61,625 nt of DNA, filler included, from 14 parts of 14 records of this genome joined end to end with filler, not necessarily neighbours in it, one strand, 5' to 3'; positions 21,170 through 31,916 are shown, counted from the whole stretch's first letter. Numbers and translations: made by a program. Notes: generated from the sequence alone by a model not told the origin.

Positions 21170-23437
21170 ATGCTCTTGCTGGCGCTGCTCGTGGCTGTGG
21201 GTTCTACATGTGGCACTGCGTCGACTTCGAGCAGTGCGGGTGGACATGGGGTGTTTCAGCACAGGCAGCTGGCTAGCGACAGTGCTGTCCCACCGGTCTG
21301 GCCTGCTGCGCCGCAGCCGACCCCTTGGTACGACTACCCACTACCGCCTGGTTTCCCGGCCGACGTGGAGGCGTTTGCCACGACGTTGCCCACGGCGAGA
21401 CCTCGCCTGTGGGTGCTAGCGAGTGAGGGCGAGACACTCGGCGATGTCAGGCGCAGGCTGAATGTCACAATCCAACGAACGCCGAAGCTGGCTGCAATGG
21501 TCGACGACCTAAGGCTTTCTGCACAGCGGCTTGCCTGGTGCCACCTCCACGCCGCCGCGCACAACTGCACCAAGCTGCTGCCGACGCTTCACGATACACG
21601 CGGCGTCAATCAGGGCTCGATCACGCAAGACCGTATCGGCGCCCTGGCATGGACCGCTGTACTCGACCCTGGCGCGTCGTTCACAGCGGATCTACCACGG
21701 AGTGTCTACGTCGCCCGGGCCTTTGCCGACCTCCAAGCTGCCTGTAGCTTGAAGGGCTGGGTGGACGTGATGATCCCACACCCGACAAGTCAGTGCATTG
21801 ACAGCGGTGGCATCATGTCTGGTGTTGCCTTGGGCTACGACCTCTTCTACGGAGACTTCACCCCTGCACAGCGCCAGCTGATCCGGGACTCGATCCTGCG
21901 CCTCGGTGTGAAACTCTACGCTGAATTTTTTGACTCGACGCGGGGTGCAGCCAATCTGACGCGGCAGTGTGGCACAAACTATACCTTTGCCGTTGGACAG
22001 GGCTTGCAGAACGCCAGCGATGGCAGCTTCAACTGTTTCGCCAATATCGTGGATCACAACTTCAATCCCAACTGCAACGCTGGACCGATTCTCGCAGCCC
22101 TCGCAGTGGGTACCGATGGCAACCAAAGCTACACTGCGGCAATCTACCAGATGCTTCAGGACGCAACCAGGAGTATCGCGAAGGGGCTGCTGTCGTACGG
22201 GCCAGACGGTGCGTGGGAAGAGGGGCCAGGCTACTGGCAGTACGCGACAAGCAACGTAGCTCAGTCGCTAGACGGGCTGCGTGCGGCGTTGGGCGTGTGG
22301 CCTCGAGTGGTTGGCCTCAACGAGACCGGCCTGTGGTCACTGTACAACGCGGGCCCAACCCTACGGCCATTCGGATTCGGCGACGCAGAGGACAGCCAGC
22401 TGATGAGTCGGATGCCTTATGGGTGGCTAGCAAATGGCTTGCACAAACCGGACCAGACTGTGGAATGGTGGGACACAGCGCTAGCCGATCGTGGCGTGGG
22501 CGGTGGCCTGTCAAACCACAACGTGCTTGGTATCGTTCGACATAACTCGAGTAAGGGCAACGACGTCTCACCCGGACAGGCAGGCCTGGCACTGGCGAGA
22601 CATTTCCGGCGAAATGAACACATTTCGATGCGCAGCTCTTGGAGCGATCCACACGCTACTTGGTTCGCGATGAAAGGACGCGTGCCGTGGAGTACAGCTT
22701 CCGACCCAGGACATCCACACGACGATCTTGGTGAATTCGTGTTCGAGATGTGTGAGGAACGATGGGCTACTGATCTCGGGGCGGAGGGCTACAGCGTGGC
22801 AGAGTACTTCGATCTGCAGCTGCAGCGCTGGGCGATCTATCGCGCTTCTTGGGCGGGGCACAACGTGCTTACACTGCGCCAGCAGTCTGCTTCGGCAGCT
22901 CAACCACTTCCTTCTGCAGCTCTAATGAAGAATCTCACGGCTTCAGCAGCTTTTTTCGATCTGAGGCTAACAGAAGGCACCGCTGATAGGGACGGTGTCG
23001 GTGGCAGTCTAAATCTGACGGATGTCTACAACGGGCACGCAGAGGTCACGCGCAAGGTTCGCCTGCTCGGTCGAGGACTAACACTCACCGACACAGTAGC
23101 ACCGCGGCTGAGTGCTGAGGCGCGCTGGACGATGCATGTATGTGTTGCATCTTGTGGCAGCCACAGCCACGGACGGTTTCCAGTGACCAACCGCACGATC
23201 ACCATTCTCGGCTCGACTGCGACTATCCGGAGTACCGGTGGGGCAAGCGTCGTTCTGCATCTCAACGTCAGCGGATGCGCTGCATCTTGGGCCGTGGAAT
23301 CCGCTACTCCACCACTGATCCCAGCAGGGCAAAAGCTAAACGAACAATACAAGAAGTTAGTAGCCAGCTGCCACGTACAAGCGGGGCAGCAATTGAACAT
23401 GAGGATACCAATCACGGGTAGCTGTCCCGCAAATTGA
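21170..23437 (+). CDS. Heparinase II/III-like polysaccharide lyase, secreted
   Basis: Signal peptide MLLLALLVAVG; HNFNPNCNAG, YGPDGAWEEGPGYWQY, SMRSSW, HPHDDLGEFVF, RWATDLG and GHNVLT. Intronless. Confidence 0.82.
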   Translation: MLLLALLVAVGSTCGTASTSSSAGGHGVFQHRQLASDSAVPPVWPAAPQPTPWYDYPLPPGFPADVEAFATTLPTARPRLWVLASEGETLGDVRRRLNVTIQRTPKLAAMVDDLRLSAQRLAWCHLHAAAHNCTKLLPTLHDTRGVNQGSITQDRIGALAWTAVLDPGASFTADLPRSVYVARAFADLQAACSLKGWVDVMIPHPTSQCIDSGGIMSGVALGYDLFYGDFTPAQRQLIRDSILRLGVKLYAEFFDSTRGAANLTRQCGTNYTFAVGQGLQNASDGSFNCFANIVDHNFNPNCNAGPILAALAVGTDGNQSYTAAIYQMLQDATRSIAKGLLSYGPDGAWEEGPGYWQYATSNVAQSLDGLRAALGVWPRVVGLNETGLWSLYNAGPTLRPFGFGDAEDSQLMSRMPYGWLANGLHKPDQTVEWWDTALADRGVGGGLSNHNVLGIVRHNSSKGNDVSPGQAGLALARHFRRNEHISMRSSWSDPHATWFAMKGRVPWSTASDPGHPHDDLGEFVFEMCEERWATDLGAEGYSVAEYFDLQLQRWAIYRASWAGHNVLTLRQQSASAAQPLPSAALMKNLTASAAFFDLRLTEGTADRDGVGGSLNLTDVYNGHAEVTRKVRLLGRGLTLTDTVAPRLSAEARWTMHVCVASCGSHSHGRFPVTNRTITILGSTATIRSTGGASVVLHLNVSGCAASWAVESATPPLIPAGQKLNEQYKKLVASCHVQAGQQLNMRIPITGSCPAN

Positions 23438-23542
23438 TCCTCGTGCATGCACCGTTTAACATTTCTAGAGTTCTACCCACGTACGGACTACGCCAAGGTG
23501 TTTGCGTATCAGCCGTATCTTGTGTGATTGCTAGGACGATGA

Positions 23543-23566
23543 CACCGGGCATAAGGCCTTATGCCC
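23543..23566. repeat. Palindrome copy at contig end
   Basis: CACCGGGCATAAGGCCTTATGCCC, truncated by the spacer. Confidence 0.85.
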
Positions 23567-23883
23567 NNNNNNNNNNNNNNNNNNNNNNNNNNNNNNNNNN
23601 NNNNNNNNNNTTAATTAATTAANNNNNNNNNNNNNNNNNNNNNNNNNNNNNNNNNNNNNNNNNNNNAGCCTGAGCCTTCTATCGCCGTATCACGTATTTG
23701 AGATGCTGCTGCCCGTACATCATTTTTAAGATGGAATTTGTTCCCTTTTTGAAAAGTAGGTATCACCTGCAAGCAGTCGTCAATGCATCTGTAGTACTAC
23801 TACGTAGCAGTTCTTGATGTAGCAGCGGTCGACTTGGACCTGTAGACAGTTCTCCAACCACTTGACTTCTGGATGGTCGTTCT

Positions 23884-23950
23884 GGTACTGGTCGTGGCAT
23901 TGCTGCGACGTGGTACTAGTCGCGGTACTGGTCGTGGCATTGCTGCGACG
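23884..23950 (+). repeat. Direct repeat, 2 x 27 bp (GGTACTGGTCGTGGCATTGCTGCGACG) with a partial copy between
   Basis: Exact copies at 23884-23910 and 23924-23950. Confidence 0.85.
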
Positions 23951-24033
23951 CGGGCACGGCTCGCTGCCAGGCGCTTCGCACACTGCTCCTCCTCGCGGCG
24001 GATCGCGTCGCTGCGCTGCTGCTCCGCCGCTGA

Positions 24034-24597
24034 CCTGGGGTCTGCCCCGCCTTCTGGGCTTGGCGAGGCACTGACGAACATCCGAACCTCGGGCACTGGA
24101 CTGAGCTTCACTTTGTGGAGATGCAGGAGGACACAGGCTCTATCCGCGAGATCGACTTCACCTCGCACGTGATGCCACCGACCCCAGGCGTCAAGACCAG
24201 CGACCTAACTAACAGCACGACGAAGCTGTTCGACTTTGATCCACGCGATGACTTCCACGTGTACGCGATAGAGTGGAACGCCACGATGCTCACCTGGTGG
24301 GTGGACGATGTGGTTGTCAAGCAGCAGCCAGCTGCGCCGTACTTCAGCAACGGCTGGGCGATGGACGTGGCGCTGTCCTTCGGGCTGCGGTCGCCACTCA
24401 GAGGCGGGGCGCCGAACGCGACTGGATTTCCAACGACCTTTTATGTGGACTGGGTGCGCACCTGGCAGCGCGTGAGGACCGGATCTGCAGCACGGGTGCT
24501 GTCAAGGCGCAAGGCGCCTCATGCCCGGTGCCATGCCCTGATACAAATTCTAACTACAACGGTCGAGACACAAACATCCAAGAAGCGCTTTGTATGA
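24034..24597 (+). pseudogene. 5'-truncated GH16 (kappa-carrageenase/porphyranase-like) glycoside hydrolase
   Basis: After TGA at 24031 the frame reads PGVCPAFW...WTELHFVEMQE...FDPRDDFHVYAIEW...WWVD...GFPTTFYVDWVRTWQ. The N-terminal half is missing. Confidence 0.65.
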
Positions 24598-24616
24598 CAT
24601 CTGCATAGCTACTGGC

Positions 24617-26959
24617 TTAGCTTGCTCTCTCATTCTCGCTGTCTTTGTCCGACGGTGGCAGAGTCACCAGCGCAACGCCCCATCCCTGCAAGGTATAGCT
24701 GTCGCTGCCAAGCTTCGTATCGGAGTAAGGGGTTGTTTCGTAGCCCGCATTGAGGTCCACCGCGCGCACAAAGCCGCCGCTCGAACCAGCCACCGTCACA
24801 ACCGCTGAGCAGTTCTTAGTGTTGACGAGCAGCACCACTCTCGCCTTGCCTTTCGAAGTGAGCTCGAAAGAGGCAGCGTAGAGCGGTGCCACGTGCGCAT
24901 CATTTATAACCTTGGCATTTGGCGGAGAGTGGATGCACACCCAATCATCAGGATAGAGGGCTGTGATCGTAGCATTCGCCGGCTGGCCGTTGACATCAGT
25001 ATGAATCACCTCTTTCTTGCCAGAGCCGAGTGTATCGATGAACATTTTGACGACCCAGTACCATGCATTGCCGCTGCCATTCGTCCAATCAAGCATTGAG
25101 ATGGAGACTGCATTGCCTGGGTAGCCAGTCAGCTGGCTCGCTGCCATCCCATCCACCCCCAGTGCTGCTAGCTCACCATAGACATAGCCATACTGCGCCG
25201 CCTCGAGGTTCCACCACCAGCGGTCCTGCCCAAAAGGTTCGAGCTGCGTGCCGGTGCACTTGTCGTCATTGCTGTAGCAGTAGCGGTCCGGTGCCAGATC
25301 GGGAGCCAGCACTCCAATCTCGTTGCAGTAGACGCGCGTACCCGGGGCGAGCTCGTCAACGAGAGCTTTAATCCGTCGCGCGGACACGAGGAACTGAGCC
25401 GACTGTACAAACACGTCCCCAGGGTTGGCGCCAACCGTGCGCCACGAAGCCGGCAGTTTCGCACCGTTCTCTGAGTACCAGTGATAGGAGACCTCATGCA
25501 CATACGTTGAGAAGTTCTCTCGCACGGGCGAGCGATGATTGGAAGCATTTAAAAAGTACGAAAACCAAGCCTCCGATCCCGCACAGTCAGGCCAGGCTGT
25601 TACCAGCCCTGTGAACTGTAGCTGCGGGTGATCACGGTGCAAGACGGTGACGATTCCGTCGTATATTTCTGTGTACTTGCGTGCGCACTCCGGCGCGGCA
25701 GCTGAACTGTTCAGTGAGCTGCAGTGCGTCCCTGATTCCCCTGCATCCACTTCATTCAGCACCTCCCAATACTTCCAGTCGTAAAAGTGGTTAGAGACGT
25801 GCTTGAAGCCAAGCTCATCGACAAACCCACCCTTCGTGTACCAAGAGATGATACGCGAGAAGTATTCCCCTGCCGTTACCCCTGTTGGGTCCAGGTAGCC
25901 TGTTGAATTCGTGAGGAACGCCCCTACCGGTGCGAAATTAATCACTGAGTCGTGGCCAACCGTGTTTGCCATAAAGTCTTCCACATATGGGTCGATGTTA
26001 GTAAAATCCCAGGATGTTTTGCCATCCTTGGGCGGCAATTTTTCTGGGTAGCTCATCGGCATTGGATCCCAGTGCAAGTACCTGATATGGTCTGCCCCTA
26101 GGTCTTTGATGCGCTTGAAGACGGCGTCGTGGAGTTTTGAGCTACGTTCCATCGTGACTGTATTCACTTGGTCCAGGTATGTGGGTATCGCCGTTACGCC
26201 ACTCGCCACTGAAACGTCCCAATGAGGTGAAACTGTGGCCGGCGGCGGGGGTGGTGGCGGCGGCGGGGGTTGCGGGTACGGCTGTACCGGCGGTGGCGGC
26301 GGACCTGGGGGCGGACCAGGCTTCTCGCTGAAGAAGGCACAGGTCGAAGCATCGGTCGAGCCAGCCTTGCACTTGACGCTTCCAACTGTCTGGACGGTTT
26401 GAGTCAGCGCATTGCTGATGCTGTTGTAGAGCACGCATGGGGTGATGGGACGCTTGCTGAACGTGCTCTGCACGCAGTCAGCCTGAGCGAGACATGCCGC
26501 GACGCACGCTGCCGCCGTGGTCGCCACCTTGCCAGCGCCCTGCGGTCCGGTGAACGTGCCGCGGTAGTAGCTGCCGGGTGGACCTGCGACAGTCACCATG
26601 CTACAGTTGCGCGTGCACAGCACAGGCGGCTTCCACGGCGCGGCGTGCCAGTCGCAGTCTGGCGATGGCGCGAGCGCGCCACTCCCAACGTCCGAGTACA
26701 TCCAGCAGCCAATCGGGCCGGTGGAGCATGCAGTAAAGCCCAGGCAGCTGCGATCCGCCCGGTGTGGTGCAGTACATGCAGTGAAGCACGGACCGAGCGA
26801 GTTGTTGGAGAACTCGCCGGGCAGCCTCTTCGGACCGTGGCTGCCGTAGTGTCGTGGGTACTGGTTGTGCTTCGTGGTCCAGCCAGCAGGCTGCTGCTGC
26901 GACAGCTTGGCGGCGGCGGCAGCGGACGATATGGCGAGGAGCAGCAGAAGTACTGCCAT
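24617..26959 (-). CDS. Secreted GH39-like (clan GH-A) glycoside hydrolase with PAN/apple-like modules and Pro linker
   Basis: Signal MAVLLLLLAISSAAAA; Cys-rich modules; poly-Pro linker; acid/base YWEVLNEVD; SYHWY; nucleophile YCNEIG. Confidence 0.75.
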   Translation of the reverse strand: MAVLLLLLAISSAAAAAKLSQQQPAGWTTKHNQYPRHYGSHGPKRLPGEFSNNSLGPCFTACTAPHRADRSCLGFTACSTGPIGCWMYSDVGSGALAPSPDCDWHAAPWKPPVLCTRNCSMVTVAGPPGSYYRGTFTGPQGAGKVATTAAACVAACLAQADCVQSTFSKRPITPCVLYNSISNALTQTVQTVGSVKCKAGSTDASTCAFFSEKPGPPPGPPPPPVQPYPQPPPPPPPPPPATVSPHWDVSVASGVTAIPTYLDQVNTVTMERSSKLHDAVFKRIKDLGADHIRYLHWDPMPMSYPEKLPPKDGKTSWDFTNIDPYVEDFMANTVGHDSVINFAPVGAFLTNSTGYLDPTGVTAGEYFSRIISWYTKGGFVDELGFKHVSNHFYDWKYWEVLNEVDAGESGTHCSSLNSSAAAPECARKYTEIYDGIVTVLHRDHPQLQFTGLVTAWPDCAGSEAWFSYFLNASNHRSPVRENFSTYVHEVSYHWYSENGAKLPASWRTVGANPGDVFVQSAQFLVSARRIKALVDELAPGTRVYCNEIGVLAPDLAPDRYCYSNDDKCTGTQLEPFGQDRWWWNLEAAQYGYVYGELAALGVDGMAASQLTGYPGNAVSISMLDWTNGSGNAWYWVVKMFIDTLGSGKKEVIHTDVNGQPANATITALYPDDWVCIHSPPNAKVINDAHVAPLYAASFELTSKGKARVVLLVNTKNCSAVVTVAGSSGGFVRAVDLNAGYETTPYSDTKLGSDSYTLQGWGVALVTLPPSDKDSENERAS

Positions 26960-27472
26960 GCTCGACCTCGCGCGGCGGAAGAACGTGCCCTGAGGCGTGG
27001 CGACCGTGCACAGCTGCTGCGTGCGACCGCGGTGCACTGCACGCACTGCTACGTACTGCTAAGGCAGCAGTGCACCTGGCGCACAGCTATACAGTATACA
27101 CTACAGCCAGGTGCGTGAGCAGTACCTTGGATCCGTCGTGTGGCTTGTGCGTGCTGCGCGTCGATGCCCAGATCGCATCGCCGTCGGTACGCCTATGCAT
27201 CGCACGTCGACGCGAGCGAGCGAGGCATGCTGCACTGAGCACTCGCACAGCGACCTGCATGCCCGCGCGCGCCGGTGCATGCGTGCCCCGCGGTCGTGCG
27301 TCGCGGAGGGACGCGTGGGACGAGGCGGCCTCGTGCCGATCGGCCACTTGCTAGAAAGCGCCTCTGCATGCGCGCGGGCCGGCGCGGCATTCGCGTTGTT
27401 TCGTTCGGCGTTCGCAGATCGATCGCGCGACGACGGACGCGCACCCGTGCGTGATCGACATTTTCACATAAG

Positions 27473-28914
27473 ATGCTCGTCGTGCTGCTCTCAGCTTTGC
27501 TGCCACGGCTGGCGGACGCTACTGCTGCTACGTACGAGAAGCACCCGCAGTCATTCTGCCATCCAGGAGTGAGCGACCAAAGGCTACTGCACAAGAACTC
27601 CACACTCTCGAAGTGCCAGGCCATCTGCGACGCCGACCCACGCTGCGCGTCGTTCGCCTTCACGAATGAAAAGGTCCCCACGTTGCAGTGGTGCTTTGCG
27701 CCCGAAGATGACTGCCCGAACCCGAGTGGCAACTGTTCAGACGGCTGCCAGAATTGGGACACGTACGTCAAGGTACCACGGCCGGTCCCAATGCCGTTCA
27801 ACCTATCGGAGACTCTGACGTCTCATATGGTTCTCCAGCAGGCGCCAGCGCGCGCTGCGCTGTGGGGCTGGGGGGAGCCGGGTACAAAACTCACCGGAGG
27901 CGTCGGAGGCGTCGGTGACGCTCTGTTCAGCTCAGTCGTCGACGGAGACGGTCGCTGGTCCACATCCTTGCCCCCGATGAAAGCCTCGGCAGTACCACGC
28001 AACCTGACCGTCTCCGTGCTTGGTCAACTCGGCCTGTCGGTGGTGCTGACGGACGTGCTTGTAGGAGAAGTTTGGCTCTGCACAGGGCAGTCCAACATGG
28101 GTGTGACGCTGGATGGTGTCGGAAAAGGGGTTCACAACCCGTTCGTCGGCCAAGGCAACCACAGCCTGACGTCGTGGTCGGGCGACGTATCAGATGGTCA
28201 AGCTGAGATCCAGAATGCCTCCGCTTATCCACTGATACGCGTGGTCCAGCAGGCGATGGTATCGCGCCCACCCTCGCTAGGACCGACAGAGCATGCTACA
28301 ACGCCAGGCTGGTTTCGGCCAGACGCCACCAACATGGCAAAATTCTCTGCTGTCTGCTGGTTCTTCGGCAGGCGGCTGCAGGCTCATCTCAGCATTCCGC
28401 TTGGGCTGATCGAGAACCAGGTCGGAGGCACCGCGGTAGAGCGCTGGTCCTCCACCAAAGCGCTCAGCCAGTGTGATCAGGAACGCAGTTCCCGTATGGC
28501 TCCGTGTAAGACCGCGTCTGCAGAGGACGAACTGTCGTGGTACAGTGCGATGGATTCCAGAGGCTTTGACCGCAGCAAGATCTCTTTCACGGGCGAAAAT
28601 TCCACTCTGTTTAACGGAATGATTGCACCTTGGGCCGCTTCGGCCACCGGTGGTAACGTCTCGACAGCTGTCCGAGGCGCAATCTGGTATCAAGGGGAGT
28701 CGAATGTGGCGTGTTCCGATGTCTGGGGCTACTCGCAGGGAGGCAACTGCGCGATGAGTCCCACGGACTGTGCGGATTACTACAGCTGCCAGTTTCCAGC
28801 GATGATCGCTGACTGGAGGAAACACTTCCAAACGCAGTGGGCTGACACTGGTGTCGAACTGACCTTCTTATTCGTTGGGCTCCCGGCATACGTGCAGGAT
28901 CTACCTTCCACTTC
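27473..28914 (+). CDS. Sialate O-acetylesterase-like (SASA/SGNH) carbohydrate esterase, 3'-partial
   Basis: Signal peptide; PAN-like module; SHMVLQQ, GEVWLCTGQSNM, FSAVCWFFG, GGTAVERW and AIWYQGESN. Probable intron donor at 28915. Confidence 0.88.
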
Positions 28915-29276
28915 GTGTGCGTCGTGGGTCTGCCTCCCCATGCATCTGTTCTAACCGTGCGCTCTTGCCGACTGACCTCCTCCTGCTGCTGCTGCTGCTG
29001 CTGCTNNNNNNNNNNNNNNNNNNNNNNNNNNNNNNNNNNNNNNNNNNNNTTAATTAATTAANNNNNNNNNNNNNNNNNNNNNNNNNNNNNNNNNNNNNNN
29101 NNNNNTGAGGACTGATCGACGCACCGCGGGCGCACAGTGGTAGTCCTGAGCGCTCCGCCGGACTGCCTCTGCCTCTGCTGGGGCAGCGCTGCCGAGTGGT
29201 CATCGAAGAGCACAGTCTGAGTTCACAGACCATCCACTTTCCACTAAGTCAATAGGAAGCGATCGTAAGTTACCAG

Positions 29277-31916
29277 ATGGAAGATCTCCACGGTGGTCCG
29301 CATGGCGGGCCTTCCACAAAAGACCCTGGGGAGCCTGCACAGCCAACGCCCCCCGCCCAGGCAAACGTGAGGAGGGCTTCGGGGGTGGAAGAGGGCACAC
29401 CTCCTTTGGCTCGAGCTGAGGCAGCTGGCGTTGTGCTGGAGCGTAGTCTTGCCGATGCAGACGATGTGGTTACCCAGTTGCGCGCGCAGGTGGAGCAACT
29501 GCAAGCAGAAAACCAAGACATGGCGAGGAGGCTGCAGGCAGGACCTTTGCCGCGGCGCCAAGATCACGGCTACAACAGCGGACTTGCCGAACTGGGCCTT
29601 GCGACGCTGGTTCTTCGCGTGCTCTCTCTAGGCGTAACGCCGAGCGTCATCGATGAAGCCCTCGATGGGCGCGACTATGAGGCCAAGGCGATCCTGCTCG
29701 CCCTGATCGATGGCCCCGCGTCGGCGTCCCCTGCTCAATCGGGCTCGCCTGTTTTGTCCATCTCCCCCAAGCGGAGAATACACGCCTCCGTTATGTTCAA
29801 GGTGTGCCATCCAGACTCACAAATCCTAGAGGACGGTGCGCTTGTTAGGAACTCCGCTGACATTGAGCGACCGAGCACGGCCATATGCAAAGATGCAATC
29901 ATGGCTATCGATCGGCAAGAACTCGCTTATGCAGACTTCAAGATGGTTGAGTGCAGTAGTAATATTGTCGTGGGCGTGGTACGCCCAGATTTTGAGTACA
30001 CAATTTGTGGCAACGCGGCTGAGACGAAAGATGGGTGGGGGCTGTGCGTACGGAGTGGGTGTCTACTACACAACGGTCACCGAACCAGAAATCATTTGCA
30101 CCGGGTTTCCGCAGATGCGGGCGAAAGTATTGGGTTATTGCTAGATATGCAACAGGGTCGCTTGACTGCCTTCAAACACGACAAACGCGTTTGCACGGTC
30201 GCGTCTAATCTTGACGGTGCTTTGTGCTGGATGGCTACCTTGTTCTCGAAGGACGACACTGTGCGGATCACGGCTGCGAGCCCACAGCGTCTCGAGGAAA
30301 TTGTAGCCATCGACACGGCTGGTCGAGAGGCCGAACGCGTCTTGCTCGAAGAGGCACTTGTGGATCTTTCGCCTCAAGGGCGTCACACAGTGGTTCAACA
30401 CGTCTCCTCGCTGGGTGACTTGCAGGCCATGACAACACAGGTTTTGCCACAGGTATCTTGGCCCACACTGATCGATGATGATGTACGCAAGTTGCGATCG
30501 GTCGTCGATATGACTAACTTGACGACAGATTTTGCCCGTCATTTCGACGCGAGATCTGGTTCAAGCTGTCTACCCACTTCTAGTAAGATCGGCCCAGGAA
30601 GCTTGTTCATCATGGATGGGCGCGTTGGTGAGCTGATGAGTGTTTCCGAAGTGGATCGTGAAGTTACAGGCCGCCAGATTAGCGGCGAAAGGTGCTGGAA
30701 ACTTGCTGTAGTCACGGCTATTGCAAATCCGGTGCAGCTTACAGTCCGGTTCGAAGTAGGTGGGGACAGTGACCAGGCGATTGGCCTGTTGCGCACTGCA
30801 GCGGGTGGTGAGGTGCGCGACTACAGAGAGTTGAAGAACAATGGGTGGGGAATCAAGCAAGGTCTGCGAGGCCCCGTCCACCAAGCCGGCGCCCAGATAG
30901 CGGTACAGTCCGACAGCGACTGGCAGTTAAAGGGTCGCACAATCACGATGTACTACGAACCACACAAGCGCAAGGTGTCGTTCTGGTCTGGCGACTCAAT
31001 GTCTGGCGACCCGAGGACTGTTATAACAGGACTTCCAGATGAATCCTTGAGCCCCACAGTAGGACTGTACTGCAATCGTGCCACTGTGGTATCGTACTCA
31101 AGCTCGGAAACGCGCGTTGAGTGGCAGGACGACGGGACGACATCGGTTGGGGTAGATTTATCGGATGTCCACGTACTAGAGCGCTGGGACGGCGAGCTCA
31201 GTGCTGAGGGTATCGCCACCCTCGCAGACGCAGGATGCTCAAGCGTCGAGGCTGTGCGATCGCTCGATGCTGATGTCACCTACGCGCTGCGCCTCTCGCC
31301 AGAAGATGCCATTGAGCTGGCGAAACTCAACTCACACTTCGCTGCTATCGAAGTGGTCCGTGCTTCTGCACGTGCACAAGGGGAGAAGGGCCGATCGCTG
31401 ACTGCTGCATGTGACTTCGATGGTGCGCGAGAGGAGTTTGATGGGGCTTTGCAGATGGAGACATATGACGTTGATCTGACATCGATACTTCAGGCGGGGC
31501 AGCAGGCCAACGACGCAGCGATGAACCAGTGGCTATCTGAGCAGATGGCTGAAATGAGCGATGCTGGACGCGAGCTTGTGTTGAGTCGCATCCGTTCTCT
31601 GTCAGATTTTCGCTCATTTTCGACGCGGTTTCGCTCTGAGTGGCTTGATCTGGATCCAAGTGGCGCTGAGCCTGACACTGAAGTGGTCGATCCGGAGCGT
31701 GCCATGCACGGGGGTCTGTGTCAGAAAGACCGCGTGGCACTGAATGTGAGCCTCCTGACAGCGAGTCTTGAGGCTGCGAGATCACGCCCGATAACCTCTT
31801 CAACGCAGGAGGACAGCAGCGAGCAAAACCCTACTAGTATGAACGGAACCTATAGCGAAGACTTTGAGCAGCGCGTAGCTTCACAACAAATGAGGCAGGG
31901 AACCAGCCAACACTAG
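29277..31916 (+). CDS. SPRY/B30.2-domain protein with coiled-coil
   Basis: 879-aa ORF with IVVGVVRPDF...GWGL..RSG.L.H...IGLLLDMQQGRLTAFK...LCWMATL and a second SPRY-like block. Confidence 0.7.
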   Translation: MEDLHGGPHGGPSTKDPGEPAQPTPPAQANVRRASGVEEGTPPLARAEAAGVVLERSLADADDVVTQLRAQVEQLQAENQDMARRLQAGPLPRRQDHGYNSGLAELGLATLVLRVLSLGVTPSVIDEALDGRDYEAKAILLALIDGPASASPAQSGSPVLSISPKRRIHASVMFKVCHPDSQILEDGALVRNSADIERPSTAICKDAIMAIDRQELAYADFKMVECSSNIVVGVVRPDFEYTICGNAAETKDGWGLCVRSGCLLHNGHRTRNHLHRVSADAGESIGLLLDMQQGRLTAFKHDKRVCTVASNLDGALCWMATLFSKDDTVRITAASPQRLEEIVAIDTAGREAERVLLEEALVDLSPQGRHTVVQHVSSLGDLQAMTTQVLPQVSWPTLIDDDVRKLRSVVDMTNLTTDFARHFDARSGSSCLPTSSKIGPGSLFIMDGRVGELMSVSEVDREVTGRQISGERCWKLAVVTAIANPVQLTVRFEVGGDSDQAIGLLRTAAGGEVRDYRELKNNGWGIKQGLRGPVHQAGAQIAVQSDSDWQLKGRTITMYYEPHKRKVSFWSGDSMSGDPRTVITGLPDESLSPTVGLYCNRATVVSYSSSETRVEWQDDGTTSVGVDLSDVHVLERWDGELSAEGIATLADAGCSSVEAVRSLDADVTYALRLSPEDAIELAKLNSHFAAIEVVRASARAQGEKGRSLTAACDFDGAREEFDGALQMETYDVDLTSILQAGQQANDAAMNQWLSEQMAEMSDAGRELVLSRIRSLSDFRSFSTRFRSEWLDLDPSGAEPDTEVVDPERAMHGGLCQKDRVALNVSLLTASLEAARSRPITSSTQEDSSEQNPTSMNGTYSEDFEQRVASQQMRQGTSQH

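Noticed and set aside
24031-24033. TGA before the GH16 fragment as selenocysteine
   Set aside because: The upstream frame shows no GH16 similarity and the position is not a redox site.
28983-29005. Microsatellites at contig ends ((CTG)n, (GCGT)n 40753-40778, (GTC)n, (AGC)n, (GCAAGA)n)
   Set aside because: Ordinary simple repeats that explain the assembly breaks. None is a recognisable telomere array.
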